Shown here piece after piece: positions 38,075 through 52,964 of a stretch of DNA of 64,000 nucleotides. This DNA comes from Bacilli bacterium (GTDB lineage: Bacteria > Bacillota_I > Bacilli_A > RFN20 > CAG-826). How positions within the stretch are numbered: the stretch's first letter is position 1; each line of letters opens with the position of its first letter. The notes under the pieces were generated by a model. The model made no database searches. It saw nothing but the letters and a program-made list of their open reading frames with translations, and was not told where the DNA came from. A program made the position numbers and the translations under genes. The stretch covers positions 311,859 to 375,858 of the forward strand of contig JALCDB010000001.1 in NCBI GenBank assembly GCA_022641095.1, read 5' to 3'.

Positions 38075-39805
38075 TCATTCGACGCCGACGAGGAAACTGT
38101 AGACGGGTTGGCCACCGTTACGGATGTCAAGATCGACATCGGGGTGAGAGGCGGTGAACTTCTCGCTGACGGCATTGGCTTCCTCTTCCTTCACGTCGCC
38201 TCCGTACATGACGGAAACCATGGTGCTCTTTTTGCCCACGAGCGAATCGATGAGCTCATAGAGCGCGGCGAACTTGTCTTTCTTGCAACTCACGATGGTC
38301 TTGTCGTCCTTCATCCCCATGTAATAGCCCTTGGTGATGTGGACGTTGGCGATATCGGTGTCCTTGATGGCGTAGGTGATGGAACCGCTCTTGACGGTGC
38401 GGAGGGCGCTCTTCATGGCGGCGTAGTTGGCGGAGGGCGTTTCCTCGGGATTGAATTGCATGCAACTCACGATGCCTTGCGGGATGGTCTTGCTCGGGAC
38501 GACCCGGGCCACGATATCCTTCGTCTTGGCGGCAACGACTTCGCAGGCTTGGCTCGCGGCCAAAACGATGTTGGAGTTGTTCGGGAGGATAAAGACGTTC
38601 TTGGCATGGACCTCGTCGATCGCCTTCACGAAATCCTTGGTGGCCGGATTCATGGTCTGGCCTCCGCCGACGATCTTCGAGACCCCGAGCTCACGGAACA
38701 TCTCGTCGAGCCCGGCGCCGCTGCTGACGGCGATGAGGGCATAATCGGCCAAAGGATCATCGGGTTTCTTAACGGGTTTGACGCCGACCTTCTTGGCTTT
38801 TTGGCGGGCGATATTGGCATTCATGTCGGTGGCGAGGTCGCCGTTTTGGATATTCTTGTGCTCTTCGGACATGTTCTCGATCGTGACGGTCACGAATTCG
38901 CCGTAATTCTGGGCGTAGTTGAGAACGATGCCGGGGTTAAGGGTGTGGACATGGACTTTGACGATATCCTCGTCGCGCGCCAAAACGAGGCTCTTGCCAT
39001 GGGTGGTGAGGAAATTCTGGAACCGCTTCTCGATGAAGGGTTTCTTGAAATCCTCGGCTTTGCCCAAGCGAAGGATGAACTGGGTGCAATAGCCGTATCC
39101 TTCCTCGTCTTCGCTGAGCTTGGCGCCGGCGTAGGCGCTTAGGACGTTGGTGACGGGGGTGGCTTCGTTGGAAAGGCTCGCGCGGTTGACGAATTTCCCA
39201 TGCGCGCAGCTCGTCATGCCTTCGAGCACGACGCAAAGGCCCGCGCCCCCGCTGTCGACGACGCCCACCTCCTTAAGGATCGGAAGCAAGTCCGGCGTTC
39301 GTTCAAGGGAAAGCTTGGCCTCGCGAAGCAGAATATCGAAAGACTCCTCGACGCTGGTTTCCTTCTTCAACGAGCCCTCTAAGCCCGCCGCGGCTTCGCG
39401 GATCACGGTCAGGATCGTCCCTTCGACCGGCGTCATGACGGCTTTGTAGGCGACTTCCTTGCCTTTGCTCCAGCAGGCGGCGAGGCTTTTCGCGTTAAGG
39501 GAGGTTTTGCCGGCGGCCGCGTCGGAGAATCCACGGAATATCTGCGACGTTATGACGCCGGAATTCCCGCGTGCGCCCATCAAAAGGCCGCCCGAGAAGG
39601 CTTTCGCGATCGCGGCGCAACCGCTGTCGTTGAGGTTGTTGATCTCCTTGCAGCCGCTCGTGAGGGTGAGGTTCATATTCATGCCGGTATCCCCATCCGG
39701 GACCGGGAAAACGTTGAGTTGGTCGATTTCGGGATAGTGGTTATAGAGGTTGTTCGCTCCGGAGAGGAACATCTGTTTCAGCCGTTGTCCATTGATTGTT
39801 TTCAT
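38075..39805 (-). CDS. fakA: DAK2-domain fatty acid kinase subunit A (YloV)
   Basis: LNVFPVPDGDTG, GARGNSGVI, VVDSGG, GGQTMNP, GGQPVY. Confidence 0.94.
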   Translation of the reverse strand: MKTINGQRLKQMFLSGANNLYNHYPEIDQLNVFPVPDGDTGMNMNLTLTSGCKEINNLNDSGCAAIAKAFSGGLLMGARGNSGVITSQIFRGFSDAAAGKTSLNAKSLAACWSKGKEVAYKAVMTPVEGTILTVIREAAAGLEGSLKKETSVEESFDILLREAKLSLERTPDLLPILKEVGVVDSGGAGLCVVLEGMTSCAHGKFVNRASLSNEATPVTNVLSAYAGAKLSEDEEGYGYCTQFILRLGKAEDFKKPFIEKRFQNFLTTHGKSLVLARDEDIVKVHVHTLNPGIVLNYAQNYGEFVTVTIENMSEEHKNIQNGDLATDMNANIARQKAKKVGVKPVKKPDDPLADYALIAVSSGAGLDEMFRELGVSKIVGGGQTMNPATKDFVKAIDEVHAKNVFILPNNSNIVLAASQACEVVAAKTKDIVARVVPSKTIPQGIVSCMQFNPEETPSANYAAMKSALRTVKSGSITYAIKDTDIANVHITKGYYMGMKDDKTIVSCKKDKFAALYELIDSLVGKKSTMVSVMYGGDVKEEEANAVSEKFTASHPDVDLDIRNGGQPVYSFLVGVE

Positions 39806-39830
39806 GATTGATTAACGCCTGGGGAAAGCC

Positions 39831-40196
39831 CTATTTGATTTCCTTGACGCCTTGGACGTAGACGTTGACGTATTGAAAAGGGATCGCGAAAGCCTTTTCG
39901 AGCTCGTAACGAATCCGTTTCTGGACCTCGGAGAGAACCTCCGTGATCTTAACGCCATAAGCGGCCACGATATAAACGTCGACTTCGTAGCCTTTTGTCT
40001 TTCTATGGTGGTGGCAGTAGATGCCCTTCACGTATTCCTGGGGCTTAAGAAGGGCCACGAGACCTTGCTTCAGGCTTCTTTTGTCCGCCAAACCGACGAC
40101 GCCGTAGCAGCTTTGGGCGGCATCGCCCGCCACTCTGGCGATCGCTTCGATCGAAATGTTTATGGCCCCCAAGGGCGTCGTCTTGTCAATACCCAT
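39831..40196 (-). CDS. Asp23/Gls24 family protein (YloU)
   Basis: CYGVVG...YGVKI..V...YVQGV; directly upstream of fakA. Confidence 0.92.
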   Translation of the reverse strand: MGIDKTTPLGAINISIEAIARVAGDAAQSCYGVVGLADKRSLKQGLVALLKPQEYVKGIYCHHHRKTKGYEVDVYIVAAYGVKITEVLSEVQKRIRYELEKAFAIPFQYVNVYVQGVKEIK

Positions 40197-40472
40197 AAAA
40201 TGCCCCGAAAGGGGTACTTAATTATTGCACGATGCAGGGTCGCTTTCAATCGATGGTTTCGGCCCGCCGAAAAACGCGATTTTTGAAAACTTGGAAGTTC
40301 TCCCATTTCCAAACAATTGGTGAAAAAGGCGCGCCAAGACGAGCAAAAACCACAAAACGTTCTTCCACGGCCTTGCTTAGCGACGACTAAGCGAAACGCA
40401 AACTGACAGAGAACGATTTCATCATGAAAAAAGACCCTTCCAACAGCGGGAAGGGACCCCATAAAAGAAAAA

Positions 40473-40583
<111 letters not shown>

Positions 40584-40606
40584 CTTTTTCTTTGAGAAAG
40601 ATCTCT

Positions 40607-40630
40607 TGTTCTTTGAAAACCGAATATTAC
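40607..40630. repeat. 23S processing-stem arm (inverted repeat of 43749-43772)
   Basis: TGTTCTTTGAAAACCGAATATTAC is the reverse complement of GTAATATTCGGTTTTCAAAGAACA; a similar pair at 43786-43810 / 45506-45530 flanks the 16S. Confidence 0.85.
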
Positions 40631-40710
40631 TGTACCATGTTCTTTTCCGAAATTGTATGAATCTAAGCGACGACTTAGCTTACTCATTCCTTTAAAAGGA
40701 AATTAGTGAA

Positions 40711-43600
<2,890 letters not shown>

Positions 43601-43910
43601 TCGTAAGTTAAATCGGCTTATAAACAAAGCAATAAATTGCTTTTGATGATTCTACTCATCTCATATTTTTGTCATGATTGCTGATCGACTAAATCCGGTA
43701 AAAACCAAATCTAATTAACCGCAACAACAACAGAAAGAACATGTTTTGTAATATTCGGTTTTCAAAGAACAAAAGCCGAGAGAACCTGATCTCTCAAAAC
43801 TAAACAGATGCTCACCCACGCTTAACGCCCAAATACTGACTAAATCGGATTAAAAATAGAAACGAATGTGTACTGTCCGAACGCGCTATGCGTCGGACAA
43901 CTTTCTCCTT

Positions 43911-45432
<1,522 letters not shown>

Positions 45433-45878
45433 TTAGATCTAGTTCATAAAATATCTGGTTTTAAATTGATTCAAAAAAAGAATCGACGTTAGTGTATAAG
45501 TTGTACATCTGTTTAGTTTTCAAAGATCAGCTCACGCAACCTTACATAGTAAGGGGGATGCTATCCCAAATTTTCGCGTGCTTGGATAGTATATGGTTTT
45601 GCTTTGGGCCTGTCAACGTCTTTTTCAAGAAGTTATCGGGTCGCTTTCGCTTCCCTGTCCCTTGGCTTCCGCGCTTTTTCCGAAAGCGTGAACAGCGATA
45701 ATTCTACGCTTTGGGAGGACTTCGTCAAGCCAAACCACTTAAAAAGCCAAATAACTTAGATTCCATCGAAGAAGAAAGTGACTTTGTAAATCAATATTCC
45801 GCCTTATGCGCGCTCGCAGGCGCGCTTCCGCGCAAAAAAAGGAACGGAAAACCGCCCCTTTTCTTATCGGCGCCTCCT

Positions 45879-46259
45879 CTATACGTTAGCCGACCAAAGG
45901 CCATGCTTGGTGCAATGGGCCTCAACGGACAGCACCACTTCTTCTTCCCCAATCAAAAAGACCACTTCCGGTTTCATGCCGGGGTGAAGGACTTTCCGCT
46001 GCGTTCCTTGGTCGGTGAGAAGATAGACCCAATCGATGTAGTGATCCGAATCCATCGGATGGAGAGTCGAGCCGATTTGAACGTAGACTTTGCCGTTTTC
46101 CTCGTGGACGAGCGGCACATGTTTCTCGGCGCCTTCTTGCCCCGAGGAGAAAGGAACGGCCTCGCTCATTTCCGCGCCGCAGCAAACGGGCACGACGCCG
46201 ACGTCCTTCACCATGCCGATGAAATTGCCGCATTTCTTGCATTCGTAGAACTTAGCCAT
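45879..46259 (-). CDS. Desulfoferrodoxin / superoxide reductase
   Basis: CKKCGN, CCG, EKHVP, HPM, HYIDW, CTKHGLW; start ATG 46259. Confidence 0.93.
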   Translation of the reverse strand: MAKFYECKKCGNFIGMVKDVGVVPVCCGAEMSEAVPFSSGQEGAEKHVPLVHEENGKVYVQIGSTLHPMDSDHYIDWVYLLTDQGTQRKVLHPGMKPEVVFLIGEEEVVLSVEAHCTKHGLWSANV

Positions 46260-46376
46260 CGCTATGCCCTCTTTTCTTATTTTCATTGTAGCACCCGTTG
46301 CGTCGTCGTCCACCTCGCTCGCCCCAAAGAAAAAGGCCCCGCTCGCTAAGGGGGCCTTCATTGGGCGCGCGGCCAA

Positions 46377-47114
46377 TCAGCTATTTCGCCTCGTTAGCAT
46401 CAAAATGTAAAGCACGCGAAGGAAAATGTTGATGAAGTCGCAATAGAATTGATAGGCGTAGAAGAGGGCGGTGTTGTTCGTGGCCGTCCCATATTCGAGG
46501 GCTTTGTTCATGCGATTGGCCTCGAAGCCCACGAGAAGCATCGAGAAGGTGATCACGACGAAGGAGGCCACCAAATCGAAGACATAGAAAGTGCCGGGGC
46601 TCAACCAAAACCAGAACCCAAAGAGAAGCGCCACCATAAGATAGCCAAAAAGGAGTCCGTAGCCGATCATCCCCATCAAGGAGAGATCGCGTTTGCTGAA
46701 GTAACCGATGAGGAACATGCCGACGAAAGCGACCGAGGTAATGGCGAAGGCCTCGCCCATCATCTCCGGTTGCACCCCTAGAAGCAGAAGCGCGCCGGGC
46801 CAAACGCCCATGGCGACGCAGTAAAGGATATAAGGGATCCAGGCTCCGCGCTTATTTTTGGCAAGCGTCACGTTGAGGACGATGGAGTCGATAAGCATGA
46901 CGAGAAGAGCGACGCCGCAAGAGGAAAGAAGCGGAACGAGGGCGTTTTCGCCCACGGCGCCAATCGAAGGATCGTAGTAAACGTTATAGAAAACGTAGGA
47001 AAAGAGGAAGGCGACGCCCGCCGTTATGGCCAAGCCGATGCACAGGTACCCGCACACGACGGCCAAAAATTTGCTTTGGCCTTGCCGTTGTCCCGCGACA
47101 GCGCTGACGTCCAT
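46377..47114 (-). CDS. Bax inhibitor-1/YccA family membrane protein
   Basis: 7 TM helices, AFAIT, DLS.MG, FYCDFINIFL. Confidence 0.88.
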   Translation of the reverse strand: MDVSAVAGQRQGQSKFLAVVCGYLCIGLAITAGVAFLFSYVFYNVYYDPSIGAVGENALVPLLSSCGVALLVMLIDSIVLNVTLAKNKRGAWIPYILYCVAMGVWPGALLLLGVQPEMMGEAFAITSVAFVGMFLIGYFSKRDLSLMGMIGYGLLFGYLMVALLFGFWFWLSPGTFYVFDLVASFVVITFSMLLVGFEANRMNKALEYGTATNNTALFYAYQFYCDFINIFLRVLYILMLTRRNS

Positions 47115-47872
47115 TATCGGAGCATCCCCTCGATGAGACCCTTAAAGGAAACCGGATCGAGCGAAGCGCCGCCGACGAGAGCCCCATCGATGTCCGGAGC
47201 GCCTATATACGCGGAGACGTTGTCCGGCTTGACCGATCCGCCGTAAAGGATTCGCATGTCGACCGCCGCGGTTCCGAAAAGCTCGCGCAAAGTGCGACGA
47301 ACGAAGCCGATGGTGTCCTCGGCGATTTCCGTCGAGGCGCTCTTGCCGGTTCCGATCGCCCAAATCGGCTCGTAGGCGACGATAACCTTCCGAGCTTCAT
47401 CGGGGGTCAGATCCTTAAGCCCGGCGCGGATTTGCTCCGCGACGAACTTTTTGGTCTCGCCTTTCTCGAAGGCCTCAAGCGATTCGCCACAGCAATAAAC
47501 CGGGGTCATCCCCGCGGCCAACAGGGCTTTGATTTTGGCGTTGCAGGCTTCGGAGGTCTCGCCGTTGTAGGCGCGACGCTCGCTGTGGCCGACGATGCAC
47601 CAATCGATGCCAATGGCTCGAAGCATCGGAATCGAGATCTCGCCCGTGAACGCGCCGTGATCGTGCTCGCTGCAGTTTTGGGCCGCCACGATGCATTTCG
47701 GATTGATGGCTTTTTTGACCGCGTCAAGGCAAACGTAGGTCGGCGCGACGCCGACGTCGACGTTATGGCTGACCGCGAAATCGACCATTTCCGAAGCGGC
47801 CCTAGCAAAAGAGGCGGCCTCTTCGGGGGTTTTGTTCATCTTCCAGTTGCCAAGCAATAGTTTTTTACGCAT
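47114..47872 (-). CDS. tpiA: Triosephosphate isomerase
   Basis: GNWKMN, GHSERR, AYEPIWAIGTG, YGGSV, LVGGASL. Confidence 0.98.
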   Translation of the reverse strand: MRKKLLLGNWKMNKTPEEAASFARAASEMVDFAVSHNVDVGVAPTYVCLDAVKKAINPKCIVAAQNCSEHDHGAFTGEISIPMLRAIGIDWCIVGHSERRAYNGETSEACNAKIKALLAAGMTPVYCCGESLEAFEKGETKKFVAEQIRAGLKDLTPDEARKVIVAYEPIWAIGTGKSASTEIAEDTIGFVRRTLRELFGTAAVDMRILYGGSVKPDNVSAYIGAPDIDGALVGGASLDPVSFKGLIEGMLR

Positions 47873-47876
47873 AAGA

Positions 47877-49103
47877 TTACCTCAAAACGTCGACGCCAGG
47901 CAGGCTACCGTTGTTCTCGATCATCTCGAGGGAAGCGCCGCCGCCGGTGCTGACGTGGCTGAAATCGGCCTTGTAGCCAAACTGTTTGACGGCCGCGGCG
48001 CTGTCGCCGCCTCCGCAAACCGTGAAGGCTTTCCCCTTGAGGGCGCGGACCGCCTCGCAAATGGCCTTGGTCCCGCTTTGGAACTCGCTTTGCTCAAAGA
48101 CGCCCATCGGTCCGTTCCAGAAAAGCATGTGGGCTTGCAGAATGGCTTCTTTATAAAGCGCTTCGGTCTTCGGGCCGATGTCGACCCCCTGAAAACCGTC
48201 GGGGATATCGCCTTCGACCGTTTTGATGAGACGGCCTTCGACCGGTTCGAAACTATTGGTCACGACGCTGTCGATCGGAAGAAGGATCCGGCCTCCGGCC
48301 TCTTCGAGGCACTTCTTGGCATAGCCGATCTGCTCATCCTCGACCGGCGAGTTGCCGGTCTTCATCCCCAGGGCCTTTTTGAACGTGTAGGCCATCGCCC
48401 CGCCTATAAGGATTTTGTCGCATTTCTTCAAAAGCGCGTCGATCACTTTGATTTTGTCGCTCACTTTGAAACCGCCGAGAATCGCGATATACGGGCGATC
48501 CTTGATCTTGACGTCGCAGCAACGGGTGAGGTTGTCGACTTCCTTGATCATGAGATAGCCTTCGGCGACCGGTTTGCCTTCCGCCTTGAGGATCGTCGGA
48601 ACGCCGACGGTCGAAGCGTGGGCGCGATGGGCGCTGCCAAAGGCGTCCATGACGAACGCGTCGGCAAGGGACGCCCACTCTTTGGCGAGTTCGGGATCGT
48701 TCTTCTCTTCGCCTTTCTCGTAACGGGTGTTCTGAGCCAAAAGGACCTCCCCCGGCTGAAGGGCCGCCACGGCCGTGGCGAGTACCTCGCCGCGGGTCGC
48801 GGGGCAAAAACGGACCTTCACGTTCGGAAGGAGCCTCTGAAGCTCATCGGCGACGGGGGCCATGTCGTTGGCTTTTTTCATTGCCTCGATTTTGGCGAGA
48901 TCGGGTTCTTTCCATTTGATTTTGCCAAGATGGGACATCAGGATGACTTTCGCCCCTTTGCCCACGAGGTCCTCAATGGTCGGAAGAGCGGCTTTAATAC
49001 GGTTGTTGTCACGGATCACACCGTTCTTCTGCGGAACATTGAAGTCCACGCGAACGTAAACGCGCTTGCCGTAAACGTCTCTTAGGTCTTTGACTGTCAG
49101 CAT
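47877..49103 (-). CDS. pgk: Phosphoglycerate kinase
   Basis: RVDFNVP, DAFGSAHRAHAS, WNGPMGVFE, GGGDS, STGGGASL; start ATG 49103. Confidence 0.98.
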   Translation of the reverse strand: MLTVKDLRDVYGKRVYVRVDFNVPQKNGVIRDNNRIKAALPTIEDLVGKGAKVILMSHLGKIKWKEPDLAKIEAMKKANDMAPVADELQRLLPNVKVRFCPATRGEVLATAVAALQPGEVLLAQNTRYEKGEEKNDPELAKEWASLADAFVMDAFGSAHRAHASTVGVPTILKAEGKPVAEGYLMIKEVDNLTRCCDVKIKDRPYIAILGGFKVSDKIKVIDALLKKCDKILIGGAMAYTFKKALGMKTGNSPVEDEQIGYAKKCLEEAGGRILLPIDSVVTNSFEPVEGRLIKTVEGDIPDGFQGVDIGPKTEALYKEAILQAHMLFWNGPMGVFEQSEFQSGTKAICEAVRALKGKAFTVCGGGDSAAAVKQFGYKADFSHVSTGGGASLEMIENNGSLPGVDVLR

Positions 49104-49226
49104 GTTTGCATCTCCTATTCTATAATCGCAAATATGATAGCACGTCCGTCGCCTCTTTCCATATATCCATAATGGAAGAAAAAGGCCGCCCGGAATCACC
49201 CGGGGCGGCCCTGATCGTCCTCTTCC

Positions 49227-50306
49227 TTATTTGAGGGCGGGGGATGAAGTCATCGGAACGTATTCGCTAAGATCGTTCGGAAGGGAGACGTTCGCGTCCT
49301 GCCCATAGACGAAGTCGAGATTGAAAGAGCCTTTGCTCACAATCTGCGCTTCGCTTGTCTCGCCGCCCTCCGAAACGTCGGCCTTGACGGAGATGTCCTC
49401 GCCTAGGGCTAAGCCCAAGATGTGGCTGGCGTCGTAACTGAGCGAAAAGGAGAAATTGAGTTTGGCGTCGCCCGCTTGCGAAAGCATCGAAGAGACGGCA
49501 GCCGAAGCGTCGAACGAACTGTTTCCGATCCCCTCGAGGGCAGCGGTAAGGGAAGCCAAAGTTTCGACCGTGAACTCGCCATAGAGCGTGCTCGTGCCGT
49601 CTTCGTAATCCTTCAAGGTGAAGAACGGATCGAGGCTTGAGGCGTTCGCGGCAACCCCAGAGGCAAAGGAGGCGGCCTGTTGGTTGAATTCGCTGAGGTC
49701 GATCAGTGGGAGATCCTCGGCGGCGATAGCATCAGGCAACATTATTTTGCCCGGGATGGAAGCGGAGATGTACGAAGTGTCGACGCTCTGGTCGCCAATG
49801 ACGGCGGAAACGATGGCCTCGTGCAAAGTCGGATCGCTGAGGTCGACATAGAGGCCGCCATTGGACAAATAAGCCCCGATCCGGGATTTGCCGACGGAAA
49901 GGCTGGAAGTGGAAGTCGGCATGGCGCTCATGCCGGTGTCCACGGAAGCCGAAAAACCAAGGGAATCGAAACCGGCCGAAAAGGCGGCTTTGAAATTGGC
50001 GAGGGAAGTGCCGTCATATCCGCTGGCGGCGAAAGAAGCCGTCGCTTTTCCTAACGAAGTGGAAATGGACATATGGTCGGAGACGACGCTCGCCGAGAAA
50101 CTTGGGATCGAAAGGCTGAAGCCAAACGCGTCTTCGGCCACGGTTCCCTTGGCGGCGTTGGCGAGTTTGCTGGCGCCTTGGGCAAGACTGACGGTTTCGC
50201 CGCCCGAAGGTTTGGATACGCCATTGGAATCAAGCGAGCTTCCGCCGCCGCATCCGCAAAGCAGAAGGGCTGGGGCCGCCAATAGCAATAGGCTAGACTT
50301 TTTCAT
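49227..50306 (-). CDS. Ser-rich putative lipoprotein, function unknown
   Basis: MKK plus hydrophobic stretch plus lipobox LCGC. Confidence 0.8.
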   Translation of the reverse strand: MKKSSLLLLAAPALLLCGCGGGSSLDSNGVSKPSGGETVSLAQGASKLANAAKGTVAEDAFGFSLSIPSFSASVVSDHMSISTSLGKATASFAASGYDGTSLANFKAAFSAGFDSLGFSASVDTGMSAMPTSTSSLSVGKSRIGAYLSNGGLYVDLSDPTLHEAIVSAVIGDQSVDTSYISASIPGKIMLPDAIAAEDLPLIDLSEFNQQAASFASGVAANASSLDPFFTLKDYEDGTSTLYGEFTVETLASLTAALEGIGNSSFDASAAVSSMLSQAGDAKLNFSFSLSYDASHILGLALGEDISVKADVSEGGETSEAQIVSKGSFNLDFVYGQDANVSLPNDLSEYVPMTSSPALK

Positions 50307-50607
50307 ATGTTATGCTCCTAGAGGCATAATACCTCAAGAAAAGAATATCAATCATTTTTCGCTTTTTCAATCAACCGAATGATTCTTTTTTGACGAATTC
50401 GCTTCAAAACAGGGCTTTCCCGCGACGCGAGGGCGTTTTTGTAAAGATGTGAATCCTTCGTCGCGCTCTTCGCCGTTGTTTTTATTCTACGGGCTCTTAG
50501 GCGATGGCGGCGGCCCCGTCGAAAAAGGCATTTTCCCTTCCGCTGAGCCAGGCGCGAAAAAAAGGGCCCCGCGATGAAGCGGAGCCCTTTGTTTCCGTGA
50601 TGGCTGA

Positions 50608-51663
50608 TCAGCAGCCAAGGATTTTGGCGTAAGCGCGGGCAAGGCGGATATACTGGCAGGTGAAACTGTACTCGTTGTCGTACCACGAAACGACTTTGAC
50701 GTACTGCGTTCCTTCCGGATCCTTGTAAATCATGGTCTGGGTGCTGTCGAAGATGGAGCCGTTGGTGTTGCCGATGATGTCGCTGGAGACGATCTGGTCC
50801 TCATTGTATCCAAGGACTCCCTTGAGCTCGCCTTCCGAGGCTTTCTTCATGGCGGCGTTGACTTCCTCGGCGGTCACGTCCTTGTTGAGCAAGAGCGAGA
50901 GGTCGACGAGGGACCCGTCGGTAACCGGAACGCGAACGGCTCCGCCCATAAGGCGGCCTTTGAGCTCGGGGATGACGAGGTTGATGGCCTTCGCGGCGCC
51001 TGTAGTCGTCGGAACGATGTTGGCGGCGGCGGCGCGGCCGCGGCGGAGGTTGCCCTTCGCGAGGTCGAGGATGGTCTGATCGTTGGTGTAGGCGTGGACG
51101 GTGGTCATGAAGCCGCCCTTGATGCCGTATTCGTCGTTAAGGACCTTGCAGACCGGGGCGAGGCAGTTGGTGGTGCAGCTGGCGCCGCTGATGATCTTCA
51201 TGTCGGCGGTGAGTTTGTCGCTGTTCACGCCGTAGACGAAGGTCGGGATGTCTTTGTCGCTCGAAGGGGCGCTGATGATGACGCCTTTGGCGCCGTTGGA
51301 AAGATGGACCATGCCATCGGCTTTGGTCTTAAGGCGGCCAGTGCATTCGAGAACGATGTCGACTTTGTATTCGCCCCACTTCAGATCGTGGGGGTCCTTT
51401 TTCCCGAGGACCGGGATCTTGTGGCCTTGGAAAACGAGATTGTTTTTGACGATGTTGCCGTCGGCGTCCTTTTCGACTTCGGCGCCGATTTCGTCCTGAT
51501 GCCAGCCTCTATGGGTGGTGTCGTACTTAAGGAGATAGGCAAGGGTTTTCGCGTCGACGAGATCGTTGATGGCGACGACTTCGAATCCGCCTTCTTCGTA
51601 AGCTCTGCGGAAAGCGAGGCGCCCAATGCGTCCGAATCCGTTAATGGCTAGTTTAATTGACAT
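50608..51663 (-). CDS. gap: Glyceraldehyde-3-phosphate dehydrogenase type I
   Basis: INGFGRIGR, ASCTTNCL, WYDNE; start ATG 51663 after AGGAGG. Confidence 0.98.
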   Translation of the reverse strand: MSIKLAINGFGRIGRLAFRRAYEEGGFEVVAINDLVDAKTLAYLLKYDTTHRGWHQDEIGAEVEKDADGNIVKNNLVFQGHKIPVLGKKDPHDLKWGEYKVDIVLECTGRLKTKADGMVHLSNGAKGVIISAPSSDKDIPTFVYGVNSDKLTADMKIISGASCTTNCLAPVCKVLNDEYGIKGGFMTTVHAYTNDQTILDLAKGNLRRGRAAAANIVPTTTGAAKAINLVIPELKGRLMGGAVRVPVTDGSLVDLSLLLNKDVTAEEVNAAMKKASEGELKGVLGYNEDQIVSSDIIGNTNGSIFDSTQTMIYKDPEGTQYVKVVSWYDNEYSFTCQYIRLARAYAKILGC

Positions 51664-51763
51664 TATTAGATGTCCTCCTTTAATAAACCGCAAGATGATT
51701 ATAAACGCGCTTTCCCTTCTTTGGAAGGGACACGATACATCTTTACCGATATGCTTTTGAGCC

Positions 51764-52012
51764 TCAAAGGAGCTGCTCAAGCCCCACGACGCCGCGGAAA
51801 AGCTCCTCCAGCGTGACCCCAAGGGCCTTAACGAGGCGGACGAGAACCCCGACCGTGGGGTTTCTTTGGCCCCGCTCCAAATCGGAGAGATAGCTTTTGG
51901 AGATCCCGCTTTCGAGGGAAAGGGAAAGCTGACTCATGTGTCGCTCCTTACGCAAATAGGCGACGCGCTTCCCAAGTTGCGAGCACACGCTGAGACTACT
52001 GGTTTTTTCCAT
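51764..52012 (-). CDS. XRE-family HTH transcriptional regulator
   Basis: LRKERHMSQ..L...SGISKSYLSDLERGQRNPT. Confidence 0.9.
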   Translation of the reverse strand: MEKTSSLSVCSQLGKRVAYLRKERHMSQLSLSLESGISKSYLSDLERGQRNPTVGVLVRLVKALGVTLEELFRGVVGLEQLL

Positions 52013-52964
52013 GTTCCGTGGCCTTTCTGTATTCTTCGTCCAAACGGCGGAAAAGATGGTTGACGTTGCTCTTGCTCACTTCGCTCGCGAACTCCTCGCT
52101 TAAGAACCTTGCGAGTTCCCCTAGGGAGGCGTCGGGGTGGGCCAGACGCAGTTTCATGAGGGCCTTGAGTTTCTCGTTCTCGATTTTCTCGTAGCCGAGG
52201 GCGTTCACGAAGAAGGCGATTTCCTTCGTCTGCCGCTCGCTGGCTTTTATGGTTTTGCCCATATTGGCCGAATCGAGGTTCTGAAGGCGATTGCCGATGT
52301 TCGAGAAGTCCCGGTCGACCCGGACGTCCTCGAAACGGAGGCAACCGTCTTGGGCCCCTATGAGGACGAGGAAATCGCTGATCTCCTCGGCCCGTTTCAG
52401 GTAAAGGACCGTCTTGCCGCGCCGCTCCACCGCTTTGGCCGAGAAATGGTGGTTTTGGATCTGACGCCACAGATGAAGGAACCATTTGGCGTAGTTCGGG
52501 TCGCCGAAAGCGATCTCGAGATGATAATGGGAGCTCCGAGGGTCGTTGACGCTTCCGGCGGCCAAAAAGGCCCCGCAAAGACAGGCCGCTTGCTTCTCGC
52601 TCGTCTGAAGGGCGAAGGAAGGGAGCTTGCCCGTCAGCAAATCGATGCCGAGGTCGTTAAGGATGTCATCGGCTTCGCGCTCGACGAGGACATGAAAAAG
52701 AACGCGCTTAAGAAAACCGGCGCTTCTTGAGTATGCGAAGCGGACCTCGACCCCATAAAGGTCATGAAGATAACCGTAAATCGCTTTGGCGATGGCCGAG
52801 GACTCGCTCACCAGCTCAAGCGCGCTCCCTTCGCTGCTAATATGGTAACGGCCGTTGATCTTCACGAACGAGGAAAGGAGCGAACGTTTTTCCTCGTCCG
52901 GGCGCGAAAGGGCGGCGCATTCCTCCTTGACGGAGGCGGCGAAGGAAATCGTCTTCGGCTCCAT
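51996..52964 (-). CDS. whiA: DNA-binding protein WhiA
   Basis: SFAASVKEE, GAFLAAGSVNDP..YHLE, NRLQNLDSAN, SKSNVNH. Confidence 0.95.
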   Translation of the reverse strand: MEPKTISFAASVKEECAALSRPDEEKRSLLSSFVKINGRYHISSEGSALELVSESSAIAKAIYGYLHDLYGVEVRFAYSRSAGFLKRVLFHVLVEREADDILNDLGIDLLTGKLPSFALQTSEKQAACLCGAFLAAGSVNDPRSSHYHLEIAFGDPNYAKWFLHLWRQIQNHHFSAKAVERRGKTVLYLKRAEEISDFLVLIGAQDGCLRFEDVRVDRDFSNIGNRLQNLDSANMGKTIKASERQTKEIAFFVNALGYEKIENEKLKALMKLRLAHPDASLGELARFLSEEFASEVSKSNVNHLFRRLDEEYRKATEHGKNQ

